DNA of 64,000 bases from Promethearchaeota archaeon Loki_b32 (GTDB taxonomy: Archaea; Asgardarchaeota; Lokiarchaeia; Sigyniarchaeales; SOKP01). The notes under the pieces were generated by a model that ran no database searches, had not been told where the DNA came from, and saw only the letters and a list, made by a program, of their open reading frames with translations. Shown in pieces: positions 37,990-48,389 of this stretch. A program made the position numbers and the translations under genes. Position 1 is the first letter of the stretch. The number at the start of each line of letters is the position of its first letter. Location: assembly GCA_005223125.1 (NCBI GenBank), contig NJBH01000003.1, positions 96,001 through 160,000 of the forward strand, given 5' to 3'.

Positions 37990-39429
37990 ATGGAAAAATT
38001 AGCAAAAAGAATAATAGCAATTGTTATTATTGCGGGTCTTGGTGTAGGAGGAGGATTAGGAGCTTGGTTTCTCTTTTTAGCACCAGGTGCTGGGGAATAC
38101 TCTTGGAGTTCCAAAGATTGTCCTGGAGCTCCATCAGGAATAAGTTCTGATCAAATAATTAAGTTTGGAATTACAGGTGATGTGGGTGAAATAACTGGAG
38201 ATGGTGCTTGGGAAGGGTGTTATCTTGCTGCAAAAGAAATAAATGAAGCAGGTGGTATTAAAATTAATGACACTACTTATTATATTGGGGTTACAAGGGA
38301 AGATAGTGATGAAGCTAATCCTAATTTAGTTACATCAAGAGGAATTGCTGCTGCAGAGAGATTAGTTTATAATAAAAAGGTTCAATTCGGTATTGGAGGT
38401 TTCAGATCAGAAGCATTATTGGCATATCAAGAAGTTTTCATGGATAATGAAATCATCTTTATTAATACTGGTGCTGCCACTGATGTTTTCTGTGAAAATG
38501 TTAGATCTTGGTATACGAGATACAAGTACTTCTGGAGATCCATGCCTATAAACTCATCTTCATTGGGTGAACAAATCTTTAATTATCTTTTTAGGTTGAT
38601 ATATGTTTTGAACGCGACATATTCTGGAGAAATTGCAAATGTTGGAATAATTTACGAAGATTTGACCTGGACAGAAGACTTGGTTACAGGGATTGAATAT
38701 TACTTTGGTCCTTATGGACCTTTGCCAGCATATAGAAATATGCTTACGGCAAATATCCCATATGATGTTACCTTAACTGCTGCAGACATGCTTACTCATG
38801 TGAATACACTCATGGCAGCTGACTGTGATATTGTAATACCCATAATATCCGCTCAAGGTGGACTCATGCTGATGCAACACTACGCCACTCTTCAACCAAA
38901 TTTTTTGGTCGTTGGTATTGATGTACAATCGCAGTTGGATACATTTTGGACGCAAACTAATGGAGATTGTATATACGAAATTCAGATGCAGAGCATACAC
39001 GTAACCAATAAGACTCCTACTACAATACCATTTTGGAACGCTTTTCGCGCTGAGTGGGGGCACGACCCACTTTATACAGCTTCAGGTTCTTATGATGCTT
39101 TAAACTTTATTGTATGGGCAATCAACGAAACTCAATCATTACAGGCATATCCAACCCTTACTCAAAAGATGGAGACAGCTACTAAAGCAAATATACTAGC
39201 AAATCCTGAACTATTCCCATCAAGTGTTGGTGGACTTGGGGCTTACTGGCCTACTACTCATGATCTTGTAGCAGGATATCCATTTGGGTTTACTCTATTT
39301 TGCCAATGGCAAGCAAACGCAACTAAAGTGATCATGCCATCATATAACTCTGTATACATTGATAGTCAACTTTCAAACATAGGAACATTGATATTACCAC
39401 CATGGCTTATTACAGATTGGACTACATAA
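37990..39429 (+). CDS. livK: Branched-chain amino acid-type ABC transporter substrate-binding protein
   Basis: N-terminal TM anchor; LAAKEINEAGGI, GGFRSE and GSYDA; heads the liv operon. Confidence 0.85.
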   Translation: MEKLAKRIIAIVIIAGLGVGGGLGAWFLFLAPGAGEYSWSSKDCPGAPSGISSDQIIKFGITGDVGEITGDGAWEGCYLAAKEINEAGGIKINDTTYYIGVTREDSDEANPNLVTSRGIAAAERLVYNKKVQFGIGGFRSEALLAYQEVFMDNEIIFINTGAATDVFCENVRSWYTRYKYFWRSMPINSSSLGEQIFNYLFRLIYVLNATYSGEIANVGIIYEDLTWTEDLVTGIEYYFGPYGPLPAYRNMLTANIPYDVTLTAADMLTHVNTLMAADCDIVIPIISAQGGLMLMQHYATLQPNFLVVGIDVQSQLDTFWTQTNGDCIYEIQMQSIHVTNKTPTTIPFWNAFRAEWGHDPLYTASGSYDALNFIVWAINETQSLQAYPTLTQKMETATKANILANPELFPSSVGGLGAYWPTTHDLVAGYPFGFTLFCQWQANATKVIMPSYNSVYIDSQLSNIGTLILPPWLITDWTT

Positions 39430-39644
39430 TTAAAGAAATGAAATTATAATTTAAATAATAAATATCATTTTTTTTTATATTTTACTAAAATAAAATTCCC
39501 TCTTAATTGTATTTTTTTTACTTCTTTAAATAAATTTGACAACATTTTTGTCTAGAAATAATCAAAAGGTTAGCTTTATAAAAAATGAGATAGAATTATA
39601 TTTATCAAATATAAAATAATGAACAATCACCAGAGTAAACAATT

Positions 39645-40535
39645 ATGATTGTAGATATAATGAATATGTTATTTAATGGCACCTTAACTGGTGCTGTATA
39701 TGCATTAATTGCTATGGGATACTCCTTAGTCTATGGTGTAGGAGGTATCATGAATTTATCTCATGGAGCATATTTTATGCTAACAGGGTATTTACTATTA
39801 TGGATGTTACAAACTCCATTTTTCATTGGTCTTGAATGGTTAACTGTTGTTTTTGCTTTAATTATAATAACGGTTATTGGAGGACTTACATTTTTACTCC
39901 TAGTAAAGCCTCTACAGGATTCCCATGTAGCTGTTGTTATTGTTACTTTTGGATTAGCGTTCTTGTTGGAACAAGTAGTATTAATTTCTCCCTCCGGAAC
40001 TGAAGTATGGTCTATTGGTCAATTACGATTGTTCCAAGGATATACGATGGTTTTCGGATATCCTATTGTTCATCAGTATGTTTTTCTCATCGTTATGTCA
40101 ATCGTAATTGTTTTATTATTTGCATTATTCATTAACAAATCCAAACTCGGGAAATCAATTAGAGCAGTCTCACAAGATCGTGAGGCTGCTGGACTTATGG
40201 GGATAAATGCTAGTAGAATTCTCTTATATACTGTTATGATTTCAGCACTTCTAGCAGGTTTAGCTGCTTTTCTGTATTTGCCAGGAGCTTCATTAGATGG
40301 CCCTTCTATGGGTTGGGGATATTTACTAAATTCATTTGCAGTTGTGATTCTAGGAGGGATGGGTAGTCTCATAGGAAGTGTAGCTGGAGCATTCATTGTT
40401 GGTTATACGATCAGTTTCACTAATGTCTTCGTTCCTTACGGTCCATCTTGGGCTCATTTGGTACCAATAATAATTATAATTGTAATACTTTTAATAAGAC
40501 CTCAAGGGTTATTTGGAAAGAAAGAACTTAGGTAA
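39645..40535 (+). CDS. livH: Liv-type ABC permease
   Basis: YALIAMGYSLVYGVGGIMNLSHG, GKSIRAVSQD and RPQGLFG. Confidence 0.92.
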   Translation: MIVDIMNMLFNGTLTGAVYALIAMGYSLVYGVGGIMNLSHGAYFMLTGYLLLWMLQTPFFIGLEWLTVVFALIIITVIGGLTFLLLVKPLQDSHVAVVIVTFGLAFLLEQVVLISPSGTEVWSIGQLRLFQGYTMVFGYPIVHQYVFLIVMSIVIVLLFALFINKSKLGKSIRAVSQDREAAGLMGINASRILLYTVMISALLAGLAAFLYLPGASLDGPSMGWGYLLNSFAVVILGGMGSLIGSVAGAFIVGYTISFTNVFVPYGPSWAHLVPIIIIIVILLIRPQGLFGKKELR

Positions 40536-40555
40536 TAGATGAAAATATTAATGAG

Positions 40556-41623
40556 ATGTATATAAAAATGTTAAATTTAAAAATAGTAAAGGAAAAAATG
40601 AATGAATTTCCAAGTTACTTAAAGTCTTGGGTTAAAACTTTCACTGGAAGCTTAACGATATTTTGTTTACTCATTCTTTTTGTCATGCCGTTTCTTTCTG
40701 CTAATCAAAGTTTTACACATGTGTTCCTGCGCCAATTTTCTCTTGCAATGATATTTGCAATTTTTGCCGCAAGTTGGGATCTTCTAACCGGCATCTCTGG
40801 ACAAATAAGTTTTGGGCATGCAATATTTTTTGGAATATCAGGATATATTTGTGCTTACTTAATTAAATATCAATCCTTCCCGATATGGATATCAATAATT
40901 ATTAGTACAGTTGTGGCAGTATTTTTTGGTTTAGCGATAGGATTTCCATTATTAAGGCTAAAAGGTCCATATCTAGCATTAGGAACTCTCGCAATGAGCT
41001 TAATTTTATTAAAATTATTTTTAATGGGTTCATTAGCAGATTGGCTTTTTGGTTCAGAAGGGATATCAGCGCTTCCGGGTTTGGCTGCAACCCCAGTGAT
41101 AGAATATTTTATATTATTTATTTTTATGATACTTACATTTGTAATTTTAATTCAAATATCAAAATCTAAATTTGGTACAATTCTAAAATCTATTAGAGAT
41201 GACGAGGTAGGATCTGATGCATCAGGAATTAATACAACTAAATATAAAATTTATGCTTTCATGTTAAGTTCTTTCTTCGCGGGACTTGCAGGTGGTTTCT
41301 ATGCTTTGTACATTGGAGCTGTAAATCCTACAGGAAATTTTGGTACCGTCCTTTCATTTTTCGCAATTCTAATGGCATCCTTAGGTGGATTAGCAACAAT
41401 TTCTGGAGCAGCTTTAGGAGCATTTTTCTTTATCTTTCTTGAATATGCCCTTATTGAGATTGGAGTTGTTGAGATTGGTAATCTTGCAATTGATTTTGGT
41501 CTTTACAAATTTGCAATATTCGCAGTAATTTTAATTGTTATTATTCGGTTTGCTGAGCATGGTATACTAAAACCATTGTTGGAACGTTTAAAAGATCTAT
41601 GGGATTTGTTGTTAGGAAGATAA
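40556..41623 (+). CDS. livM: Liv-type ABC permease
   Basis: GQISFGHAIFFG, LRLKGPYLALGT and SIRDDE. Confidence 0.92.
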   Translation: MYIKMLNLKIVKEKMNEFPSYLKSWVKTFTGSLTIFCLLILFVMPFLSANQSFTHVFLRQFSLAMIFAIFAASWDLLTGISGQISFGHAIFFGISGYICAYLIKYQSFPIWISIIISTVVAVFFGLAIGFPLLRLKGPYLALGTLAMSLILLKLFLMGSLADWLFGSEGISALPGLAATPVIEYFILFIFMILTFVILIQISKSKFGTILKSIRDDEVGSDASGINTTKYKIYAFMLSSFFAGLAGGFYALYIGAVNPTGNFGTVLSFFAILMASLGGLATISGAALGAFFFIFLEYALIEIGVVEIGNLAIDFGLYKFAIFAVILIVIIRFAEHGILKPLLERLKDLWDLLLGR

Positions 41624-41657
41624 AATATATAGGTGACTTTATCAGAGGGATTTAATT

Positions 41658-42398
41658 ATGGGTGTTATTTTAGAAGTTAAAAATTTAACTAAGAAATTTG
41701 GTGGCTTAACGGCTGTCAACGATTTCAGCTTTGAAATCAAACGAGGAGAATTTATAGGGTTAATTGGTCCAAATGGAGCTGGGAAAACCACAGTTTTTAA
41801 TTTAATTAGTGGATTTGAGAAACCAAGCTCTGGAAGAATTAGATTTAATGGAATTGATATTACTGGAATGAAACCTTATAAAATTGTAAATTTAGGAATT
41901 GCGCGGACTTTTCAATTAGTAAGATCGTTTAAATACTTAAGTTTGCTTGATAATATAACAGTATCGTGTCTCTCAAAAAGAGGTAAAGAGGTTTCAAAAA
42001 AAACAGGTACTGATAATTATGCAAGTTCAATTCTTGCTTCAGTTGGTCTTATTGATAAAGCTAGAATACCACCAATCATATTACCTCATGGAGACTTAAG
42101 AAAATTACAGATTGGTAAAGCTGTTGGTACTAATCCAGAATTACTTCTGCTTGATGAACCATTTAGTGGTCTTTCTTTCGAAGAACAATTAGGAATTACT
42201 GATTTGATAAAAAAATTGCATGCTGATGGTGTGACTATTTTTATTACAGGTCATGTTCTTCGTGAACTTATGACATTAGTACCAAGAGTAATAGCAATGC
42301 ATCAAGGTAAATTCATTGCTGATGGACCTCCGGTACAAGTTGCAAATAATAAAATTGTTCTTGAAGCATATTTAGGAAGAGGTGTAAAAATTGCTTGA
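41658..42398 (+). CDS. livG: Liv-type ABC ATPase
   Basis: FGGLTAV, GPNGAGKTT, GIARTFQ and LLLDEP. Confidence 0.92.
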   Translation: MGVILEVKNLTKKFGGLTAVNDFSFEIKRGEFIGLIGPNGAGKTTVFNLISGFEKPSSGRIRFNGIDITGMKPYKIVNLGIARTFQLVRSFKYLSLLDNITVSCLSKRGKEVSKKTGTDNYASSILASVGLIDKARIPPIILPHGDLRKLQIGKAVGTNPELLLLDEPFSGLSFEEQLGITDLIKKLHADGVTIFITGHVLRELMTLVPRVIAMHQGKFIADGPPVQVANNKIVLEAYLGRGVKIA

Positions 42399-43095
42399 AA
42401 TAAAAAAAATTTATCATTACTATGGAAAAGCAAAAGCCCTTGAAGAAATTAGTTTAAAAATTGAGGAAAAGGCTCTCGATGCCGTTATCGGTCCAAATGG
42501 AGCTGGAAAATCTACCCTTCTCAGAGTTATATCTGGTTTAGAAGAACCAGATAGAGGAAAAATCGAATTCCTAGGTGAGAGGATAGATAAATTAAAAGCT
42601 CATAAAATAACAAAAAAAGGAATTTCTCATTGCCCAGAACGCCGTCGGCTGTTTTTTGATATGAGTGTTGCTGATAATCTCAAAATGGGAGCATACCCCG
42701 TAAAAAATAAGGAGGTGTATAAGGCGATGAAAAATTTTGTTTATGAACTATTCCCCCGATTAAACGAGAGACGAAAACAGCGAGCTGGAACACTAAGTGG
42801 TGGGGAGCAACAAATGCTTGCCATAGCACGTGCATTGATGTCAAAACCAAAACTTCTCTTGCTGGATGAACCCTCATTAGGATTAGCTCCAAAAATAAAG
42901 AAAAGAATATTTGACGTAATCGAAAAGATAAAACAAGAAGGTACGACCACCCTACTAGTAGAACAAGATGCAGTTTTAGCAATGGATATTGCTGAAAATA
43001 TTCATCTCCTCGAAGAAGGGAAAATAGAAATGAGAGGAACTAAGAAGGAATTGGAAAAAGAACCTCGAATAAAACAAGTTTATTTAGGAATTTAG
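42391..43095 (+). CDS. livF: Liv-type ABC ATPase
   Basis: GPNGAGKST, LSGGEQQM and LLLDEPSLGLAP. Confidence 0.93.
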   Translation: MLEIKKIYHYYGKAKALEEISLKIEEKALDAVIGPNGAGKSTLLRVISGLEEPDRGKIEFLGERIDKLKAHKITKKGISHCPERRRLFFDMSVADNLKMGAYPVKNKEVYKAMKNFVYELFPRLNERRKQRAGTLSGGEQQMLAIARALMSKPKLLLLDEPSLGLAPKIKKRIFDVIEKIKQEGTTTLLVEQDAVLAMDIAENIHLLEEGKIEMRGTKKELEKEPRIKQVYLGI

Positions 43096-43105
43096 GTGAT
43101 TTAAA

Positions 43106-44566
43106 ATGTCAGCTTCATTAGACAAATTGTTAAGAGATGCTAGAATCGATCTGGTATTATCAAGGATCGAAAAGGACTTATCAGTAATAAATAAGGTTAT
43201 TAGCCATTTAAGCAGTGAAATCAGATCTATAAAATTCAATTCAATACACGTTCTAGGACTCTTAGAGGAAAGATCAGAAAAAGGAATCCCAAAGTTAATC
43301 GAACTCTTAGGAAGTGATGACTGGAGCATCTGTCGCGAAGCAGTACGCTCATTGGGGAAGATTGGGAGCATTGCTAAAAATGCAGTACCAAAATTATCGG
43401 ATTTATTAAGTAATAAAGAAGTATCAATCCGAAAAGAAGCTGCGATTGCTCTCGGCAAAATTGGAAATGCTACAGATCAATCAATTCCTAGTTTAATCAT
43501 GGCATGCAATGATGAAGATGAAGATGTGAGAATGGAAGTAGCCAAAACTATCGGTGAGTTAGGTGCAGATGCTCAAGGAGCAATCCCTGAATTAATGAAG
43601 TGCCTTAAAGATGTAAACTGGAAAGTTAGAACTGCTTCTGCTCAATCAATTAGTCAAATAGGGAGAGAATCTATAACAGCAATACCGAGTTTGATTAGTG
43701 CCTTGGATGATAATGATTGGAGAGTGCGATATCGAGTTGTAAATACTTTATCAGAAATAGGAGAAGAAGCTGTTCCACATCTTATAAATAAATTGACTAG
43801 CAAAAGTGCGATAGTTAGAAAAGGAGCAATAGATGCATTGAGCGAAATGAAAATTGCTGATCCTAAAATCATCAATAGTATCTCTCTTTTACTCACTGAT
43901 AATGTAGAAGCGGTTCGAGGTAAAACTGCTGATGCACTTCGGAATATCGGTAAGGCAGCTATTCCGGCATTAATTGAAATATACGATTTTTATTCTAAGA
44001 ATTATGTCTTTCATTTTATCATTCCTATCTCTAATAAAGAAATGCAAATTCTCGTTATTTCAGCTATTGGTGGAATTGGTGAGGAAGCAAAAGAAGCAAT
44101 TCCTTTTGTTATTGAACGATTAACAGATAAAAGAAAACTGATTCGTGTTGAAGCTGCACGAGCATTAGGAAGAATAGGTACAGAATCTGGATTAGCTGCT
44201 GTCGCTCTATTTCATGCACTAACCGATAAAAAAAGTTTAGTACGCAAGGAAGCGGCTCTTGCTTTAGGAAAAGTGGGGTACTCTGCTGGATTAGCAATCT
44301 CATCGTTAATAATCACTTTAAGGGATAAGAACCCAGATGTTAGGTGGAGAGCATCTGATACACTAGGGATTATCGGAGAGAGTTTTTCAGATATAATAAA
44401 AAGAGCTCTTGAATTAGATGATAAAGAAGCAATTTTTAAGGCAGTTGAATTACTTAGAATAGGATTAAATGAAATTATTTCGAGCTTAACAGATTTAAGG
44501 CAAGATGAATGTGATTATGTATGCGAAGCAGCTCTAAGCGCTCTAGATACTTTGACTGAAGAATAA
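43106..44566 (+). CDS. HEAT / PBS-lyase repeat protein
   Basis: About 33-aa repeats of the form AIPxLIxxLxDxxxxVRxxAAxALGxIG. Confidence 0.9.
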   Translation: MSASLDKLLRDARIDLVLSRIEKDLSVINKVISHLSSEIRSIKFNSIHVLGLLEERSEKGIPKLIELLGSDDWSICREAVRSLGKIGSIAKNAVPKLSDLLSNKEVSIRKEAAIALGKIGNATDQSIPSLIMACNDEDEDVRMEVAKTIGELGADAQGAIPELMKCLKDVNWKVRTASAQSISQIGRESITAIPSLISALDDNDWRVRYRVVNTLSEIGEEAVPHLINKLTSKSAIVRKGAIDALSEMKIADPKIINSISLLLTDNVEAVRGKTADALRNIGKAAIPALIEIYDFYSKNYVFHFIIPISNKEMQILVISAIGGIGEEAKEAIPFVIERLTDKRKLIRVEAARALGRIGTESGLAAVALFHALTDKKSLVRKEAALALGKVGYSAGLAISSLIITLRDKNPDVRWRASDTLGIIGESFSDIIKRALELDDKEAIFKAVELLRIGLNEIISSLTDLRQDECDYVCEAALSALDTLTEE

Positions 44567-44650
44567 CTTAAAAAATCATTAACTTTTTTTAAATATAATA
44601 TAGATCATTGAAATTAAATTAAAACTAAAGAATAAGAGGAAATTAAAAAA

Positions 44651-46348
44651 ATGAGTGAAAACCCCTACGCTGAAAAGCCTTGGTTAAGTAGTTATGACGA
44701 AGGCGTTCCAAGTCACATTGATTATCCTGAAATGAATATCTATGAGTTTCTGGATAATTCAGCAAAAGAATTTGGCTCACGAACAGCCATATGGTTTTTA
44801 AAAAACAAAATATCATATAAAAAATTAAAAGATATAACAGATAGACTTGCTACTGCACTTGTTAATTTAGGGGCTAAAAAAGGCGACGTTATTGCTATAA
44901 TGATCCCAAATTTTCCCCAATTCATAATGAGTTATTATGCTATCTTAAAAGCAGGGTGTATTTCAACAGCAGTTAGTGTTCTCCATACTGAATACGAATT
45001 AGCTTATCAGTTAAACGATTCGGGAGCCAAGATATTAATTGCTTGGGATAATCAAGTAGAGAAAATAAATAAAATAAAAGATAGAACACCGCTTAGGCAT
45101 ATAATAATAACGAATTTATTCGACTATGCTCCCTTAGCTAATCCATTGGGTAAAAAAGATCCCCCTGAAATTGCAGGAACATTACAATTCCTTAATTTAG
45201 TTAATAAAACAAAACCTAATCCACCTAAATTTGAAATCAATGCTAAAGAAGATGTAGCATGCCTCCAATACACAGGAGGAACTTCAGGATTACCTAAAGG
45301 AGCAATGCTTACACATTATAACATTGTATCTAATTGTACCGCTATTTACATTTGGAATATTTCAGAAGTCCGGAAGGGCAAAGATACCGCTCTCACAAAT
45401 TTACCACTATTTCATATATATGGTCAAACTGTTTGTATGAATTTTGCGATTTCTACAGGTACTACTATTGCTTTGAATCCCGATCCTCGAGACCAAAAAT
45501 CTTTATTTGAGATAATTCGAGCAACAAGACCTGCTTTATTCCCCGGTGTTCCGACAATGTACATGCGTTTATTAGAACGAGATGATCTTGAAGACTATGC
45601 TAAGGATCTTAAATCGATTAGAGTATGTAATACCGGTGCAGCCCCCATGCCTCCTGAAGTCTTAAAAGAGTTTGAAGAAAGAACTGGAGGTAAAATAATC
45701 GAAGGATATGGAATGACAGAGACATCACCAGTAACTATTGTAAATCCTATAAATGGTGTAAGAAAAATAGGTTCAGTTGGATTTCCTTATCCCGATACTG
45801 ATGTTAAAATAGTCGATATTGATGATTATACTAAAATTGTTCCACAAGGGGAATCAGGTGAAATTATGATAAAAGGACCTCAAGTTATGAAAGGATATTG
45901 GAATAAGCCTGAAGAAACTGTTAATCAATTGAAGGGGGATTGGCTTTTAACTGGAGATATAGCAAGAATGGATGAAGACGGCTATTTCTTCATTGTAGAT
46001 AGAAAGAAAGACATGATTAACGTTAGTGGATTTAAAGTATACCCCAGAGAAATCGAAGATGTGTTATTTGAACACGAAGCTATTGAAAATGCTGCCATAA
46101 TAGGAATTCCTGACCCTAACCTTCCTGGAAGTGAAAAAGTTAAGGGTTTTATCGTGTTAAAAGATGGTTATAAAGAATCAGATGAAATGACAGCCGAAAT
46201 AAAGGAATTCTGTCGAAAAAATGTGTCCCCATATAAAGTTCCTAAGTTTATTGAATTTCGTAAAGAGCTACCAGAGACACTTGTGGGAAAAGTATTACGA
46301 AAGGACCTGAAAGTAATAGAGGCTAAGCGCAGAGGAGAAGAAGTATAA
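44651..46348 (+). CDS. fadD: Long-chain fatty acid--CoA ligase
   Basis: YTGGTSGLPKG, GYGMTETSP, TGD, DRKKDMI and GKVLR. Confidence 0.9.
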   Translation: MSENPYAEKPWLSSYDEGVPSHIDYPEMNIYEFLDNSAKEFGSRTAIWFLKNKISYKKLKDITDRLATALVNLGAKKGDVIAIMIPNFPQFIMSYYAILKAGCISTAVSVLHTEYELAYQLNDSGAKILIAWDNQVEKINKIKDRTPLRHIIITNLFDYAPLANPLGKKDPPEIAGTLQFLNLVNKTKPNPPKFEINAKEDVACLQYTGGTSGLPKGAMLTHYNIVSNCTAIYIWNISEVRKGKDTALTNLPLFHIYGQTVCMNFAISTGTTIALNPDPRDQKSLFEIIRATRPALFPGVPTMYMRLLERDDLEDYAKDLKSIRVCNTGAAPMPPEVLKEFEERTGGKIIEGYGMTETSPVTIVNPINGVRKIGSVGFPYPDTDVKIVDIDDYTKIVPQGESGEIMIKGPQVMKGYWNKPEETVNQLKGDWLLTGDIARMDEDGYFFIVDRKKDMINVSGFKVYPREIEDVLFEHEAIENAAIIGIPDPNLPGSEKVKGFIVLKDGYKESDEMTAEIKEFCRKNVSPYKVPKFIEFRKELPETLVGKVLRKDLKVIEAKRRGEEV

Positions 46349-46364
46349 ATTTCTATAAATGTTT

Positions 46365-46535
46365 TTAATTTAAATTATTTTTCTTCCATTTTTTTAAAAA
46401 GTTCTTAAAGTTATCTTCAGAAATACCAATAGAAGTAGTTGATTGTGTTTCAATCTTTTTTTCTGATTCAGACTTAATCTTGAACGATTTTTCCCAATCA
46501 TAAAAAGAATCATAATTAGAAATTGCTTTTGACAT
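46365..46535 (-). CDS. Possible 56-aa small protein
   Basis: MSKAISNYDSFYDWEKSFKIKSESEKKIETQSTTSIGISEDNFKNFLKKWKKNNLN; fills the intergenic gap. Confidence 0.4.
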   Translation of the reverse strand: MSKAISNYDSFYDWEKSFKIKSESEKKIETQSTTSIGISEDNFKNFLKKWKKNNLN

Positions 46536-46739
46536 AATATTATTATCAAATTTTATACAAATAAACCGATACAGTGTATCAGTTTTCTAATAGGCATACA
46601 AATAATACAAATTTGTCTATTTAGATTTAAGTCTTATAATCTATAATTCGTGCCAAAAGCACAAAAAAATGAATTTAACAAAGATATATAAGTGAGAACT
46701 TTCACGGACTATATAGTAGTAAAGTATCCGACAAAAATA

Positions 46740-47765
46740 TTAGATTTTTAATTTGCTGGCTAGAGTGTATTCCTTTCTGGGTTTACCAGTGGCTCCCTTT
46801 ATCTCTGATTCTTTAATAATACCCTCATTAATTAAGAAATTTAATATTTCTCTTAGTTTTCCCCCTCCCACTCTTGATTGAGTACTTAATTCTCTTGTCA
46901 TTATAGGTTGTTTTGCTTTGATTACATCTAAAATAGTTTGAATAGGTTCAGGGAATTCAATTTTTATCTGTTTCTCAACTGTTTTAATCTCCATAAACCG
47001 TTTCGACTGCTCTACAAATGTAGGCCCATAAAAACCATCAAAATGAAGAATATCATCATCAATAAAATTTATTGCATTTAAGTATTTTCCATCAATAAGT
47101 ATTACACCTACATTGACTAAAATATCATTGTATCTAGCTCTCTGACAAGTACGTTCTTTAGTTTGAATTATAGTTATTTTGACTCTACTTAAAATATCTG
47201 TAATTAAATTAAAATAATTGTTAATTGAATCGAAATCTGCATTAGAGAAATATAATTTGATTTGCACTCCTCTCATATATGCATTATATAGAACAGATTC
47301 GATTTTTTTTAAAAGTATTGGCGGTAAAGAAGATAAAACAATCTCTTCCATGGAATTTTCAATTAATTCAAAAAAATTATTCATAGCTAAATTTAAATCC
47401 GAATAATGGTAAAAAGGAACATTCTTAAGGCAAACTCCTTGAACACTTTCTTCAATATTAACCTTTTCTTCTATCTTATCTATTTGTTTTTTGAAATTTT
47501 TTACTCGATCTTCCAAGACTTTCGTCAAGGCTATTTTTGGATCAATTCTATAAAATTTTTTATTTTTTTCACTCTTAGTTGAGAAAATCAATCCCATGTC
47601 TTCTAAAACTGACAAGTTGTAATTTACTTGGGAATAAGAGAGATTCAATTCTTCCTTCAATTCAATAACCGCCCCACTTTTATTCTCTATAATATAATCA
47701 TACAATTTAATTTGTACTTCAGATAATCCAATGTCTCTTAAGTAAGGATGATATTTTTTAAGCAT
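46740..47765 (-). CDS. TrmB family transcriptional regulator with an additional C-terminal HTH
   Basis: LRDIGLSEVQIKLY N-terminal wHTH, PLD-like effector domain (AYMRGVQIK, LIDGK) and GKPRKEY tail. Confidence 0.82.
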   Translation of the reverse strand: MLKKYHPYLRDIGLSEVQIKLYDYIIENKSGAVIELKEELNLSYSQVNYNLSVLEDMGLIFSTKSEKNKKFYRIDPKIALTKVLEDRVKNFKKQIDKIEEKVNIEESVQGVCLKNVPFYHYSDLNLAMNNFFELIENSMEEIVLSSLPPILLKKIESVLYNAYMRGVQIKLYFSNADFDSINNYFNLITDILSRVKITIIQTKERTCQRARYNDILVNVGVILIDGKYLNAINFIDDDILHFDGFYGPTFVEQSKRFMEIKTVEKQIKIEFPEPIQTILDVIKAKQPIMTRELSTQSRVGGGKLREILNFLINEGIIKESEIKGATGKPRKEYTLASKLKI

Positions 47766-47902
47766 AATTAAATTTTCAACTTTCAGGTGTTAAAAATAGT
47801 ATGTGACACAATTAAGAAGTAATTTACAATATATATTAGTTTTTTATGAGTAAGATTATTCCTTTAAATTAATAGAAAAAAACAAATTTAATGTGAAAAA
47901 AA

Positions 47903-48040
47903 ATGGCTCAATGTAAAGATTGCAAATTTTATAAACCATTAGATGATACGAAAGGCGATTGTTTTGGCCATGAAGTTCCTGCGGGCTTAGATTCAGATAA
48001 ATGCCCTACAAAAAGCTTCCAACCGCGAGACCAGATTTAA
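47903..48040 (+). CDS. 45-aa four-Cys metal/Fe-S binding microprotein
   Basis: MAQCKDCKFYKPLDDTKGDCFGHEVPAGLDSDKCPTKSFQPRDQI; coding-like GC content; first gene of a divergent operon. Confidence 0.7.
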   Translation: MAQCKDCKFYKPLDDTKGDCFGHEVPAGLDSDKCPTKSFQPRDQI

Positions 48041-48066
48041 AATGGGAGATATTTTTTATAATAACT

Positions 48067-48375
48067 ATGATTACACAGTTCTTTTATTCATTCGAAGTTT
48101 TACAGCAGAATGAAGAGAAGTTTGTAGAGTATATGAACAACTATGGTATACCAGTAATGTCAAAATACTGTAAAAATTGGCAATTATTCAAACAAAAAGC
48201 GACATTAAGAGGAAACAATGCTCCTCAATATATCGGTTATTTTGAAATTCCTGATATTGATTCTTTCTTTAAAACTGATCCACCTGAAGAAATGACAACA
48301 ACAATAGAAGAAGCTTCAAAAGTTTGCTCAAATGTAAAGGAATGGATTGCAGAACAAATAGCTTCAAATATTTAA
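48067..48375 (+). CDS. Small dimeric alpha-beta barrel (EthD-like) protein
   Basis: Start moved to ATG 48067 because track start 48001 overlaps the 45-aa gene; EEKFVEYM...APQYIGYFEIPD. Confidence 0.55.
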   Translation: MITQFFYSFEVLQQNEEKFVEYMNNYGIPVMSKYCKNWQLFKQKATLRGNNAPQYIGYFEIPDIDSFFKTDPPEEMTTTIEEASKVCSNVKEWIAEQIASNI

Positions 48376-48389
48376 TAAAAGGTTAGAAG

